Of a DNA stretch of 38,283 bases, positions 9,303 through 18,062 are shown piece by piece (the first letter of the stretch is position 1; every line of letters begins with the position of its first letter). Position numbers and translations under genes: made by a program. A model generated the notes under the pieces. It was not told where the DNA came from. It ran no database searches and saw only the letters and a list, made by a program, of their open reading frames with translations. Source of the stretch: a virus (lineage: Duplodnaviria > Caudoviricetes); the IMG/VR virus record IMGVR_UViG_3300033067_001063, positions 1-38,283 of that record. One strand, 5' to 3'.

Positions 9303-9839
9303 ATGGCCGGAATCATCAAGGGCGACTACCCCGCCGACTCGACCGCGCTGACGGTTACGAACCTGCATTCCCTGGCGGCGTCGCAGGACTGGACCGCCGG
9401 GTGGGGGAGTGGGGTCATCAGCCTCGTGTCTGGTGAATACGAGGACATCTTCATCAGCGCGTCGTTCACGACGCACGCGAGCAACCGGCAGGCGGGCGAG
9501 ATCCGCGTTTACGTCATCGCGCCCATCTCGATCGCCAGCGGCACCCCAACGTGGCCGGCCGCCTCGTCTGGGACCATCGGCACCGAGGGCGCTGTCGCGT
9601 TCACTGACACCGAGGAGCGCGACGCGGCGTGCGCGCTTCTGGACAAGCTGATCGTCGACAACACAGCCAGCGCGGTGATGCCGTTCCCGATGAAGGCGAT
9701 CGCGCACCTCTTCGGAGGCCGGCCGCCGCCCGCCGTGGTGCTCTTCGTGTCGCACAACGCATCGACCACGACGACGGCGGGCCTCGCCGCGGCGGGCAGC
9801 GCGGTGCATCACACCCCGATTCAAAGCCAGTACACCTGA
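9303..9839 (+). CDS. Putative virion structural/adaptor protein, beta-rich (178 aa)
   Basis: Ser/Thr/Gly-rich, GGGGA RBS, embedded in structural operon; no named family recognised. Confidence 0.7.
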   Translation: MAGIIKGDYPADSTALTVTNLHSLAASQDWTAGWGSGVISLVSGEYEDIFISASFTTHASNRQAGEIRVYVIAPISIASGTPTWPAASSGTIGTEGAVAFTDTEERDAACALLDKLIVDNTASAVMPFPMKAIAHLFGGRPPPAVVLFVSHNASTTTTAGLAAAGSAVHHTPIQSQYT

Positions 9840-9854
9840 CGCCGGGCCGCAGCG

Positions 9855-10607
9855 ATGAGCCACGTCTGGACCAGCCAGCCGCAGATCTACACCGGGGTGA
9901 GCGCGCTCGCGCGCCGCCTCGGCTGCGTGCGGCTGCTCACCGGCCTGGGCGGCGCGAACCTGTACGACGCGGTCACGCGCTCGTTCATCGCACCGGCGGC
10001 CGGCGCCTCGTCGGTGACGCGCGTCAGCACGCGGCGCGGCTACGGCGCCAGGACGAACGGCACGTCGGCCTATTGGGACATCTCGGCGCCGACGACCGCC
10101 AACAAGAACGCGTACCTGTGGGTGGGCATGGTCCACACCACCGGCGCGATCGTGCTGCGCGACGACACCTCGACCGGCGGCACGATCCCGATCTGGCAGA
10201 GCGGTGGACAGTTCCGCTACCGCAACGGGGCCACCGACTACACCGCCGCTGGCACGTTCAGCGACAACACCGAGTACAGCATCCTCGCCACAGCGGGCAC
10301 CAATTACGGGCAACTGTGGGTCGACGGCAATCTGCTAGTCAACGACAGCTCTCTCGCTATGGCCGACAACGTGAGCCCGTTCAAGTTGTCGCGCAACGGG
10401 ACCAGCGGGCCAAACTACGACACCACCACCGTCCTGCTGGCGATCTTCGACAAGCCGGTCGCCGCGCATGCCCAGCGCCTGAGCCGCAATCCGTGGCAAC
10501 TGTTCGCACCGCTGCGCCGCTACGTGCGCGGGTTTGAGCCGCCGGTCGACGCAGGCACTGCGCTCCCCGTGTTCGTCCACCACTACCGCCAGCAAGGGAT
10601 CATGTGA
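9855..10607 (+). CDS. Putative LamG/concanavalin-A-like (lectin-fold) virion protein (250 aa)
   Basis: Beta-rich with QLWVDGNL strand and C-terminal LSRNPWQLFAP typical of phage LamG-like proteins. Confidence 0.6.
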   Translation: MSHVWTSQPQIYTGVSALARRLGCVRLLTGLGGANLYDAVTRSFIAPAAGASSVTRVSTRRGYGARTNGTSAYWDISAPTTANKNAYLWVGMVHTTGAIVLRDDTSTGGTIPIWQSGGQFRYRNGATDYTAAGTFSDNTEYSILATAGTNYGQLWVDGNLLVNDSSLAMADNVSPFKLSRNGTSGPNYDTTTVLLAIFDKPVAAHAQRLSRNPWQLFAPLRRYVRGFEPPVDAGTALPVFVHHYRQQGIM

Positions 10608-12271
10608 TGGCGATCATCCTCAAGCAGTCCACCGCCAGCCAGGAGATCCTACTCGGGCCGTTCCTCGACGACACCGACGGCAAGACGGCAGAAACCGGGC
10701 TGACGATCGCGAACACCGACATCAAGATCTGGAAGGCTGGCGGCACCAGCGAGGCGAGCAAGAACAGCGGAGGTGCGACGCACATCGCCGCGGGCCGCTA
10801 CTACGCTGTGCTCGACGCCACCGACACCGACACGCTCGGCTCCCTCGAGATCAATGTCCACGTCGCGGGCGCTCTGCCGGTGCGGCGCGAGTGCCTCGTC
10901 GTGGCCGCGAACGTCTATGACTCGCTGATCGGCGGCACCGACCTGCTGCAGGTGGACGTGTCGCAGTTCGGGAACAGCGCGGGCACCTTCTCGAGCGGCC
11001 GGCCCGAGGTGAACACGACGCACGCCGCCGGCACCGCGTGGGCCTCTGGCGCCATCACCGCGGCCGCGATTGCAGCGGACGCCATCACCGCGGCAAAGAT
11101 CGCCGACGGGGCGATCGACGCAGCCACCTTCGCGGCTGGGGCGATCAATGCTGCGGCCATCGCGTCGGACGCGATCACGGCAGCGAAGATCGCGAACGGC
11201 GCCATCGACGCCTCGACCTTCGCCACCGGCGCGATCGACGCTGCAGCGCTGGCGGCCGATGCCGGCACCGAGATCGCGACCGCGGTCTGGGCCAGCGCCG
11301 CGCGCACGCTGACGGCGCTCGACGAGGACTCGACGACGCTGGACCTCGACGCCACGATCCGCGCCGCGGTCGGCCTGGCATCGGCGAACCTCGACACGCA
11401 GCTGACCGCGATCGACGACTATCTCGACACCGAGCTCGCGGCGGTGAAGGCCACCACCGACAAGCTCGACGGCATGTTCGTGCAGACGACCGACGGCTAC
11501 ATCTTCACGACGGTCGCGCTCGCGCAGGTGTGGGACGAGACGCTCGCGGCGCACCTGACGGCAGGCAGCACCGGGCAGGCGCTGAACGCAGCCGGGGCGG
11601 CTGGCGACCCGTGGACCACGTCATTGCCTGGCGCCTACTCCGCGGGGCAGGCCGGCTACATCGTCGGGACCAACCTGAACGCGACGATCAGCAGCCGCGC
11701 GAGCCAGAGCAGCGTCGACACCATCGACGGGATCGTCGACTCGATCCTGCTGGACACCGCCGAGATCGGCACGGCCGGCGCCGGCCTGACGGCACTCGCC
11801 AGCGCCGCGAATCTGGCGGTCGTCGCGGGATACCTCGACACCGAGATCGCGGCGATCAAAGCGAAGACGGACAACCTTCCGGCCAGCCCTGCGGCGACGG
11901 GCGACATCCCCAGCGCGGCGAGCGTCGCTGATGCGGTGTGGGACGAGGCGGTTAGCGGGCACACCTCCTCGGGCACCTTCGGAAAGGCGCTCGACGACGC
12001 CGACGACCGCGGATCGCGCACAGTCATCCGCGGAACCGTCACGACCGGCGCCTCGACGACGAGCATCCCGACCTCGGCGTTCAGCCCTGCAGGCGCTGCC
12101 GCTGATCAGTTCAAGGGGCGGATCGTGATCTTCGACAACGACACCGCGACCGCGGCGCTGCGCGGGCAGGCGACGGACATCACCGCCAGCAGCAACAGCA
12201 GCACGCCGACGCTGACGGTCACGGCGCTGACGACGACGCCGGCATCTGGCGATACGTTCTCCGTCGTGTGA
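10607..12271 (+). CDS. Ala/Thr-rich repetitive fibre-like virion protein (554 aa)
   Basis: TGATG-coupled; N-terminal beta domain, 10-aa tandem repeats, duplicated YLDTExAAxKAxTDxL...VWDE module. Confidence 0.75.
   Translation: MAIILKQSTASQEILLGPFLDDTDGKTAETGLTIANTDIKIWKAGGTSEASKNSGGATHIAAGRYYAVLDATDTDTLGSLEINVHVAGALPVRRECLVVAANVYDSLIGGTDLLQVDVSQFGNSAGTFSSGRPEVNTTHAAGTAWASGAITAAAIAADAITAAKIADGAIDAATFAAGAINAAAIASDAITAAKIANGAIDASTFATGAIDAAALAADAGTEIATAVWASAARTLTALDEDSTTLDLDATIRAAVGLASANLDTQLTAIDDYLDTELAAVKATTDKLDGMFVQTTDGYIFTTVALAQVWDETLAAHLTAGSTGQALNAAGAAGDPWTTSLPGAYSAGQAGYIVGTNLNATISSRASQSSVDTIDGIVDSILLDTAEIGTAGAGLTALASAANLAVVAGYLDTEIAAIKAKTDNLPASPAATGDIPSAASVADAVWDEAVSGHTSSGTFGKALDDADDRGSRTVIRGTVTTGASTTSIPTSAFSPAGAAADQFKGRIVIFDNDTATAALRGQATDITASSNSSTPTLTVTALTTTPASGDTFSVV
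11051..11260 (+). repeat. Seven 30-nt (10-aa) coding repeats AI[T/D/N]AxxxAx[D/G]
   Basis: AITAAAIAAD AITAAKIADG AIDAATFAAG AINAAAIASD AITAAKIANG AIDASTFATG AIDAAALAAD. Confidence 0.9.
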
Positions 12272-12272
12272 T

Positions 12273-12773
12273 GTGGCGACTACCCAGGCACGTGCGTTCG
12301 GAGCGCACGCGGGGCGGCGCTATGGCTCATTCGCCGACAAGGCTGCCGACGCGCACCCAGTCGGCACGCTCACCCAGGCCCGCGCCTTCGGTACGCACTC
12401 CGGCGGGCGCTATGGCTCATTCGCAGGCCGGGCGGCAGGCGATCACCCGGTCGACACGCTCACCCAGCCGCGTGCGTTCGGGGCTCACACCGGTGCGCGA
12501 TACGGCAGTTTCAGCGGCAAGGGCGGCGGCGACGGCTCGCACCCTGTCGGCCGCCTCACGCAGGCCCGGGCATTCGGCGCGCACGCTGGCAGGCGCTACG
12601 GCACCTTCGACGGCCGCGGCCAGACCGAGCCGGACACCGGCGGCGGTGGCGGCAGCACCGTCTTCGTGCTCCCGCCCAACTGGCGCGAGCTGCTCCGAGA
12701 GAGGCGCATCGAGCAGGACGACCTCCTGCTGCTCCTGGCGTGCTGCATCGACGGCAACGCGCTCCCACACTGA
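12273..12773 (+). CDS. Repeat protein with four ~30-aa units (166 aa)
   Basis: TQARAFGAHAGRRYGSF...HPVxxL units, Gly linker, C-terminal RERRIEQDDLLLLL helix; synonymous variation between units supports this frame. Confidence 0.75.
   Translation: MATTQARAFGAHAGRRYGSFADKAADAHPVGTLTQARAFGTHSGGRYGSFAGRAAGDHPVDTLTQPRAFGAHTGARYGSFSGKGGGDGSHPVGRLTQARAFGAHAGRRYGTFDGRGQTEPDTGGGGGSTVFVLPPNWRELLRERRIEQDDLLLLLACCIDGNALPH
12282..12620 (+). repeat. Four tandem degenerate coding repeats (spacing 90, 90, 96 nt)
   Basis: Unit starts at 12282, 12372, 12462, 12558. Confidence 0.9.
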
Positions 12774-12793
12774 CCAACCGGCGACGGCATCAC

Positions 12794-13903
12794 ATGGACC
12801 TATCAAAGATCGTTGACGGGGTCGTCGGACCAGTGCACGAGTACGTGACCCGAACGGTCACGCCGCTGCTGGCCAGGCTGAAGTCGCTCGAGGACTGGCG
12901 GGCGACGATGCCCACCGGGCCGCGTGGCGAGCGCGGCGAGAAGGGCGACCCGGGCCCGCGCGGTGCGGATGCCGACCCGGCGCTGATCGAAGCCGAGGTG
13001 CGGCGCGCCGTGGCTGCACTGCCGCCCGCTGCAGCCGGGCGCGACGGGAAGGACGGGCGCGATGGCCGAGACGGTGCCAGCGTCGAGCCGGAGACGGTGC
13101 GGGCTCTGGTGCGCGAGGTGGTGGCCGAGATGCCGCCGGCGCCTGCCGGGAAGGATGGCGCGCCGGGGAAGGACGGGCGCGACGGGAAGGACGGGGCGCC
13201 TGGTCCTCGCGGCGAGGCTGGTCCCGCTGGCAAGGATGGTGCGCCTGGGGCGGCCGGCAAGGACGGCACGCCGGGCACGCCTGGCCCGGCAGGCAAGGAC
13301 GGGGCGCATGGTGAGCGTGGCGAGCAGGGTCTGCCCGGCAAGGACGGCGCCCCGGGCCGCGACGGGAAGGACGGGGCGCCTGGCGAGCGTGGCGAGCCGG
13401 GCCCTGCCGGAAAGGATGCCGACCCGGAGCACGTGCGGACGTGCGTCGAGCGCGCGGTCGCTGATGCGATGCCGGGGCTGATCGAGAAGGCTGTCGCGGC
13501 GCGGCTGGAGGCGGTCGCGTCGGAGTGGCAGGCGAAGGCGGCGCTGCTGGTGCCGCCGGGACGCGATGGTCTGCCGGGCCGGCCTGGCACGCCGGGCGAG
13601 GACGGCAGGGACGGTCGCGACGGGCAGGACGGCCGCGACGGCTGGACGCCGGAGGATCTGGACATCGCTCTGAAGGATGGCCGCACGCTGGTGATCGCGA
13701 TGGGCTCCGGCGCGCACCGCGTCGAGCGCACGGTCGAGCTCGAGGGCCTGCCGCTGTACCGCGGGGTCGTGAAGTCGGGGCAGACCGGATTCCGACGGGG
13801 CGACGCCTACACGTGGGGCGGCAGCCTCTACATCTGCAAGGCCGACTCGGACAGCCCGCCGCCAGGAGGCGATTGGCAGTTGGCCGTCAAGGGATCTCGC
13901 TGA
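12794..13903 (+). CDS. Collagen triple-helix repeat protein with C-terminal carbohydrate-binding-like module (369 aa)
   Basis: Long GKDGAP/GRDGKD Gly-X-Y tracts; C-terminus YRGV...RRGDAYTWGGSLY...WQLAVKG is typical of the protein found between portal and connector in this phage type. Confidence 0.85.
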   Translation: MDLSKIVDGVVGPVHEYVTRTVTPLLARLKSLEDWRATMPTGPRGERGEKGDPGPRGADADPALIEAEVRRAVAALPPAAAGRDGKDGRDGRDGASVEPETVRALVREVVAEMPPAPAGKDGAPGKDGRDGKDGAPGPRGEAGPAGKDGAPGAAGKDGTPGTPGPAGKDGAHGERGEQGLPGKDGAPGRDGKDGAPGERGEPGPAGKDADPEHVRTCVERAVADAMPGLIEKAVAARLEAVASEWQAKAALLVPPGRDGLPGRPGTPGEDGRDGRDGQDGRDGWTPEDLDIALKDGRTLVIAMGSGAHRVERTVELEGLPLYRGVVKSGQTGFRRGDAYTWGGSLYICKADSDSPPPGGDWQLAVKGSR

Positions 13904-14058
13904 TGCTACGGACCGCTGATGCTCGTTCCGTCAACCGCATAGGTCACCTTGACGCCAAGCGCCTCGCAGAGCTTGCGTATATGGGCCGACAACGGCTGGA
14001 AAGGGCGGGCAGCGATGTCCGCCCTTCTTCATTCAGGGGAGCGAATGACGCAACGTAG
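13903..14058 (+). CDS. Possible small 51-aa ORF
   Basis: TGATG coupling to upstream gene, fills gap to connector gene; atypical codon usage. Confidence 0.3.
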   Translation: MLRTADARSVNRIGHLDAKRLAELAYMGRQRLERAGSDVRPSSFRGANDAT

Positions 14059-14659
14059 GCCGAAGATCATCACCGCGCCGGATGTCGAGCCGATCACGGT
14101 GGACGAGGCGCGCGCGCACATCGAGGCGCCGCGCTACGCCGACAGCGAGATCGACCCGGTCGACGACGCGAAGATCGAGGGCTGGATCACCACTGCGCGC
14201 GAGCACTGCGAGGCCTTCCTCGGGCTGTCGCTGGCCGTGCGCGTGCTGGAGATCGCCCTCGACGAGTTCCCAGCCTGGGGCGCCGCGATCGAGCTGCCGA
14301 TGGGCCCGGTCATCGACGTGGTCCGGGTGTCGTGGGGCGACGGGTCCGACGACGAGCTCGACGACGCCGACTTCGTGCTCGACGACTACACGCTGCCGGC
14401 CGAGCTAAAGCCGGTCGCGACGGCGTGGCCGACCGTCACGGCCGCGACGAACGCGCTCAAAGTGCGCTACCTGGCCGGTTACGGTGACGAGAGCGACGGG
14501 GCTGACCCGCTGCCCGCGACGTTCAAGTCGGCGATGCTGCTGCTGATCGGGCACCTGTACGAGCAGCGCAGCGAGACGACCGAAAAGGCGATGCAGAGCC
14601 TGCCGCTGGGCGTCAGCGCGCTGCTGCGGCCGCATCGGGTGCGCCTGGGGATGGCATGA
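14045..14659 (+). CDS. Head-tail connector (HK97 gp6/SPP1 gp15-like), 204 aa
   Basis: EPITVDEARAHI, ITTAREHCEAFLG, KSAMLLLIGHLYEQR, ALLRPHR; GGGGAG RBS. Confidence 0.9.
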   Translation: MTQRRPKIITAPDVEPITVDEARAHIEAPRYADSEIDPVDDAKIEGWITTAREHCEAFLGLSLAVRVLEIALDEFPAWGAAIELPMGPVIDVVRVSWGDGSDDELDDADFVLDDYTLPAELKPVATAWPTVTAATNALKVRYLAGYGDESDGADPLPATFKSAMLLLIGHLYEQRSETTEKAMQSLPLGVSALLRPHRVRLGMA

Positions 14660-14997
14660 ACCCGGGCCGGCTGCGCCACCGCGTCACGATCGAGTCGGTC
14701 GAGACGGTCGACGACTCCGACGGCATGCGCGTCGAGACGTGGACGCCGATCTGGCAGGCGCTGCCGGCCGAGATCATGCCGATGTCCGGGGGCGAGCTCA
14801 TCGCCGCGGCGACGGCGCAGTCGAAGGTCACGACGCGGATCCGCATGCGCTACCGGCCCGACATCGTGGCGCTGGACATGCGGGCAATGCACCGCGGCAC
14901 GGTCTACACGATCGAGGCGGTGGTGCCGGACAACACGAGCGGGATCCGCTGGGTCACGCTGATGTGCTCGAGTGGCGCGGATGCCCGCGCGGGATGA
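14656..14997 (+). CDS. Head closure / head-tail adaptor (SPP1 gp16-like)
   Basis: MNPGRLRHRVTI, TRIRMRYRPDI, YTIEAV motifs. Confidence 0.92.
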   Translation: MNPGRLRHRVTIESVETVDDSDGMRVETWTPIWQALPAEIMPMSGGELIAAATAQSKVTTRIRMRYRPDIVALDMRAMHRGTVYTIEAVVPDNTSGIRWVTLMCSSGADARAG

Positions 14998-15577
14998 CTG
15001 GGAGGGGCGATGGCTCGGCCGCACCGTCGTCTGCATCGCCAGCGGCCCGTCGCTGACCGAGGAGGACGCGGCGACCGTGCGCGCTGCCGGGCATCCGACG
15101 ATCGTGACGAACACGACGTTCCGCCTCTGCCCGTGGGCCGACGCGCTGGTCGCGTTCGACTGCCGGTGGTGGCAGGTGCACTCGCGCGAGGTGCGCGAGA
15201 CCTTCGCCGGCCGCACGCTGACCTTCTGCCCGAAGGGAGCGGCGACGCGCTGGGGCGTGGAGACGGCGCTGCACCGCGAGGACTGGATCCAGTCGTTCGG
15301 CAACAGCGGCACGGCGGCGGTGTCGCTGGCCGTCGTGACGGGCGCGTCGAAGGTGGTGATGCTCGGGTTCGACTGCCAGAAGACCGGCGGCCGCACGCAC
15401 TGGCACGGGGACCATCCGCGGTCGCTGGGGAATGCGGTGTCGATGCCCAGCTGGCCGAAGCTGTTCGGCAAGCTCGCCGCGTGGGCCGAGGCGCGGCGCG
15501 TGCCGGTGGTGAACGCGTCGCGCGAGACCGCCCTCACGTGCTTTCCGCGGGTCACGCTGGAGGACGCGCTGCGATGA
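14981..15577 (+). CDS. DUF115/Maf/GT42-like (CstII-fold) glycosyltransferase-like protein (198 aa)
   Basis: VVCIASGPSL, TIVTN, GNSGTAAVSLAVVTGASKVVMLGFDC, HWHGDH, VVNAS. Confidence 0.7.
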   Translation: MPARDDWEGRWLGRTVVCIASGPSLTEEDAATVRAAGHPTIVTNTTFRLCPWADALVAFDCRWWQVHSREVRETFAGRTLTFCPKGAATRWGVETALHREDWIQSFGNSGTAAVSLAVVTGASKVVMLGFDCQKTGGRTHWHGDHPRSLGNAVSMPSWPKLFGKLAAWAEARRVPVVNASRETALTCFPRVTLEDALR

Positions 15578-16326
15578 AGAGCATCAGATGCGGGCGCGGG
15601 CTCGGCGACTCGCTCTACCTGCAGGCTGCGGTGCGCCACCTGCTGATGCGCGGCGGGCTGCGCATGCGGGTCGCGTCGGACTGGCCCGACGTGTGGCGGC
15701 CGCTGGGCGACCGGGTCGAGGTGATCCCGTTCACGCGCCGCGTCGACATCGTCGCTCACTACGTGATGGGGAAGCGCAACCTCGCGACGACGCAGTTCGA
15801 GGACGTGTGCCAGCGCGCAGGGATCGAGGGCCCGGCCGAGCTGCGCCTCGACTGGACGGTGACGAATCCGCGCCTGGCTGACGAGGTGACGAGCGGCGGG
15901 CGGCCGGTGCTGATCGTGCAGATGCCGCGCACGCCGATGGGGCGCACGGACGGCTTCGGGCGAAACCTGCTCCCGGACTGCCGCGCGATCCAGGCGCTGA
16001 TAGACCGCGACGGAGGCGCGTCGAAGGTGGTGCAAATCGGCGCCGGCCGACCGCTGTTCGACCTGCGCGGCATCGACCTGGATCTGGCCAACCGCACGAC
16101 CGTGGCCGAGACCATCGACGCGGTGTCGGCGGCCGATCGGTGCCTCGGATACGTCAGCTTCCTCGTGCCGCTGGCCGAGTCTCTGGACAAGCCGGCGACG
16201 TTCGTCTGGTCGCGCCGGGGGTTGAACGACGGGCAGCCGTTCATCAGCGCCATCACGCCGCGCAAGGTGCTGCACAAGGCGTCGAGCCGCGCGGTGATCG
16301 ACGACGAGGTGCTGGATGTTCGTTGA
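15574..16326 (+). CDS. GT-B glycosyltransferase, GT9 (heptosyltransferase)-like (250 aa)
   Basis: N-terminal GLGDSL motif; VVQIG, LDLANRTTVAETIDAVSAAD, LAESLDKPATFVW; ATGA-coupled. Confidence 0.7.
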   Translation: MKSIRCGRGLGDSLYLQAAVRHLLMRGGLRMRVASDWPDVWRPLGDRVEVIPFTRRVDIVAHYVMGKRNLATTQFEDVCQRAGIEGPAELRLDWTVTNPRLADEVTSGGRPVLIVQMPRTPMGRTDGFGRNLLPDCRAIQALIDRDGGASKVVQIGAGRPLFDLRGIDLDLANRTTVAETIDAVSAADRCLGYVSFLVPLAESLDKPATFVWSRRGLNDGQPFISAITPRKVLHKASSRAVIDDEVLDVR

Positions 16327-16996
16327 CCGCGCCGCTGTCTCCGCGCGCCTGCCGGACAGGCGCATCGCGCTGGTCGGCAGCGGGCCCGGCGTGCTGGGCA
16401 ACGAGCCCGGGCTGATCGACTCGCACGACGTGGTGATCCGGGTGAACAACCACCTGCTGATTGACGAATCAACCGGCCGGCGGACGGATGTGCATTACTC
16501 GTTCTACGGCTCCTCGATCAAGAAAACCGCCTGCGACTTGCAGACAGAGGGCGTCGCGCTGTGCATGTGCAAGTGCCCGAACGCAAAGCCGATCGAGTCG
16601 CGTTGGCACGAGCGTATGAACAAGGTCCACGGGATCGACTTCCGCTACATCTACGAGGCGCGCGATGGCTGGTGGTTCTGCGACACCTACGTGCCGACCG
16701 TCGACGAGTTCATGGCGCATTTCCACCTGCTCGGCGGTCACGTGCCGACGACAGGCTTCGCCGCGCTGCTGGACGTGCTCTCCTACGCGCCCGCCAGCGT
16801 CTACATGACCGGCTTCGACTTCTTCACGTCGGGCCGGCACAACGTCACCGACCGCTGGAAGCCCGGCCGACCTGACGACCCGATCGGACACGTGCCGCAG
16901 ATCGAGGCGGCGTGGCTGCGATGGAACATGCACCGGCACCCGATCACCGTCGATCGCGCGCTGGCCCGCGTGCTGGAGGGCATGCCGTGGAAGTGA
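16316..16996 (+). CDS. GT29 (sialyltransferase)-like glycosyltransferase (226 aa)
   Basis: Sialylmotif L-like IALVGSGP...IDSHDVVIRVNN...GRRTD, motif S-like PTTGFAAL...VYMTGFDF, motif VS-like HVPQIE (HxxxxE). Confidence 0.78.
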   Translation: MFVDRAAVSARLPDRRIALVGSGPGVLGNEPGLIDSHDVVIRVNNHLLIDESTGRRTDVHYSFYGSSIKKTACDLQTEGVALCMCKCPNAKPIESRWHERMNKVHGIDFRYIYEARDGWWFCDTYVPTVDEFMAHFHLLGGHVPTTGFAALLDVLSYAPASVYMTGFDFFTSGRHNVTDRWKPGRPDDPIGHVPQIEAAWLRWNMHRHPITVDRALARVLEGMPWK

Positions 16997-17481
16997 CATT
17001 CGAGTACCGCGGCGAGCGGTACCCTACCTACATCACGCAGGGCAACGCGGCGCGGTTCATCGAGCCGGCCGCGCGGCGGTTCTGCATCGGCACCGGGCTC
17101 GACGTGGGCTGCGGGAAGTGGCCGCTGTCTGGCGCGCTCGGCATCGACATGGCGCTGGGCGGTGACGCGATGGCGCTGCCTGAGCACGACGGCGCGGGCT
17201 GGCCCTACATCTTCAGCAGCCACTGCCTTGAGCACCTGGCCGACCCGGTCGGCGCGCTCCAGCACTGGCGGGAGCGGCTCGCGCCCGGCGGCACGCTGTT
17301 CCTGTACCTGCCGCATCCGGACATGACGTACTGGCTGCCGCAGCACTGCCGCAAGCATCGGCACTCGTGGCGACCCGAGGACATGGCGCGCATCGTGCGC
17401 GACCTCGGATTCGTCGATGTCATTCACTCGGAGCGCGACCTCGCATGGTCGTTCGCCGTCGTCGGAATCAAAGGGGCATGA
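16993..17481 (+). CDS. Class I SAM-dependent methyltransferase (162 aa)
   Basis: GLDVGCG, YIFSSHCLEHL, LAPGGTLFLYLP; GTGA-coupled. Confidence 0.88.
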   Translation: MTFEYRGERYPTYITQGNAARFIEPAARRFCIGTGLDVGCGKWPLSGALGIDMALGGDAMALPEHDGAGWPYIFSSHCLEHLADPVGALQHWRERLAPGGTLFLYLPHPDMTYWLPQHCRKHRHSWRPEDMARIVRDLGFVDVIHSERDLAWSFAVVGIKGA

Positions 17482-18062
17482 ACGTGGCGGAAAAGGTGAT
17501 CGGTGATGTGCAGTTCGGGGCGCTGGCGAACCCGGCGCTCAATCAGGTGCTGCAGCAGTTCGGCGCGGAGGCGTTCCGCCGCTGCTCGATCATGATGGAG
17601 TTCGAGGCGTTCCTGAAGCGCGTGCATGCGCAGCTTCCGAGGCGCCGCATGACGTGCCTGGAGGTCGGCACGTACAACGGCATGTCGGCGATCGTGCTCG
17701 CGCAGTACTTCGACCGCGTGATCTGCGTCAGCGTCGACGACAAGCCGGGCGAGCTGCTGAAGCACGACATCGTGAAGGCGCTCGGCATCCGCAACATCCG
17801 CTTTTTCGACTGCGCCAACAACGCCGAGAAGGCCGCGGTTATCGGCAAGCTCGACTTCGACTTCTGCTATCAGGACGGCGACCACCTGAACGACACGCAC
17901 GACGACTTCTCGCTGGTCAAGCGCTGCGGCCGCGTGCTGCTGCACGAGTACTGGCCGCTGCAGCCGGCGGTGTGGAACCTGGTCAACGGGCTGCCGCAGA
18001 ACGAGATCCTGCGGGCGCAGTTCGACTGCCTTGCCTACTGGCAGGCCGGCGGGGTGGCGTGA
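17478..18062 (+). CDS. Class I SAM-dependent methyltransferase, Methyltransf_24-like (194 aa)
   Basis: LEVGTYNGMSA, FDFCYQDGDH, VLLHEY; ATGA-coupled. Confidence 0.82.
   Translation: MNVAEKVIGDVQFGALANPALNQVLQQFGAEAFRRCSIMMEFEAFLKRVHAQLPRRRMTCLEVGTYNGMSAIVLAQYFDRVICVSVDDKPGELLKHDIVKALGIRNIRFFDCANNAEKAAVIGKLDFDFCYQDGDHLNDTHDDFSLVKRCGRVLLHEYWPLQPAVWNLVNGLPQNEILRAQFDCLAYWQAGGVA

Noticed and set aside
6807-10313. 1168-aa minus-strand ORF
   Set aside because: Antisense shadow of well-coupled plus-strand genes; Arg/Gly/Ala-rich, no motifs
12282-12620. Possible CRISPR array or ncRNA repeat
   Set aside because: Units are degenerate at third codon positions, in frame, and lack unique spacers: a protein repeat
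14479-16449. 656-aa minus-strand ORF and similar long alternative-frame ORFs across the window
   Set aside because: They overlap genes with clear family motifs; expected from stop-codon scarcity at high GC
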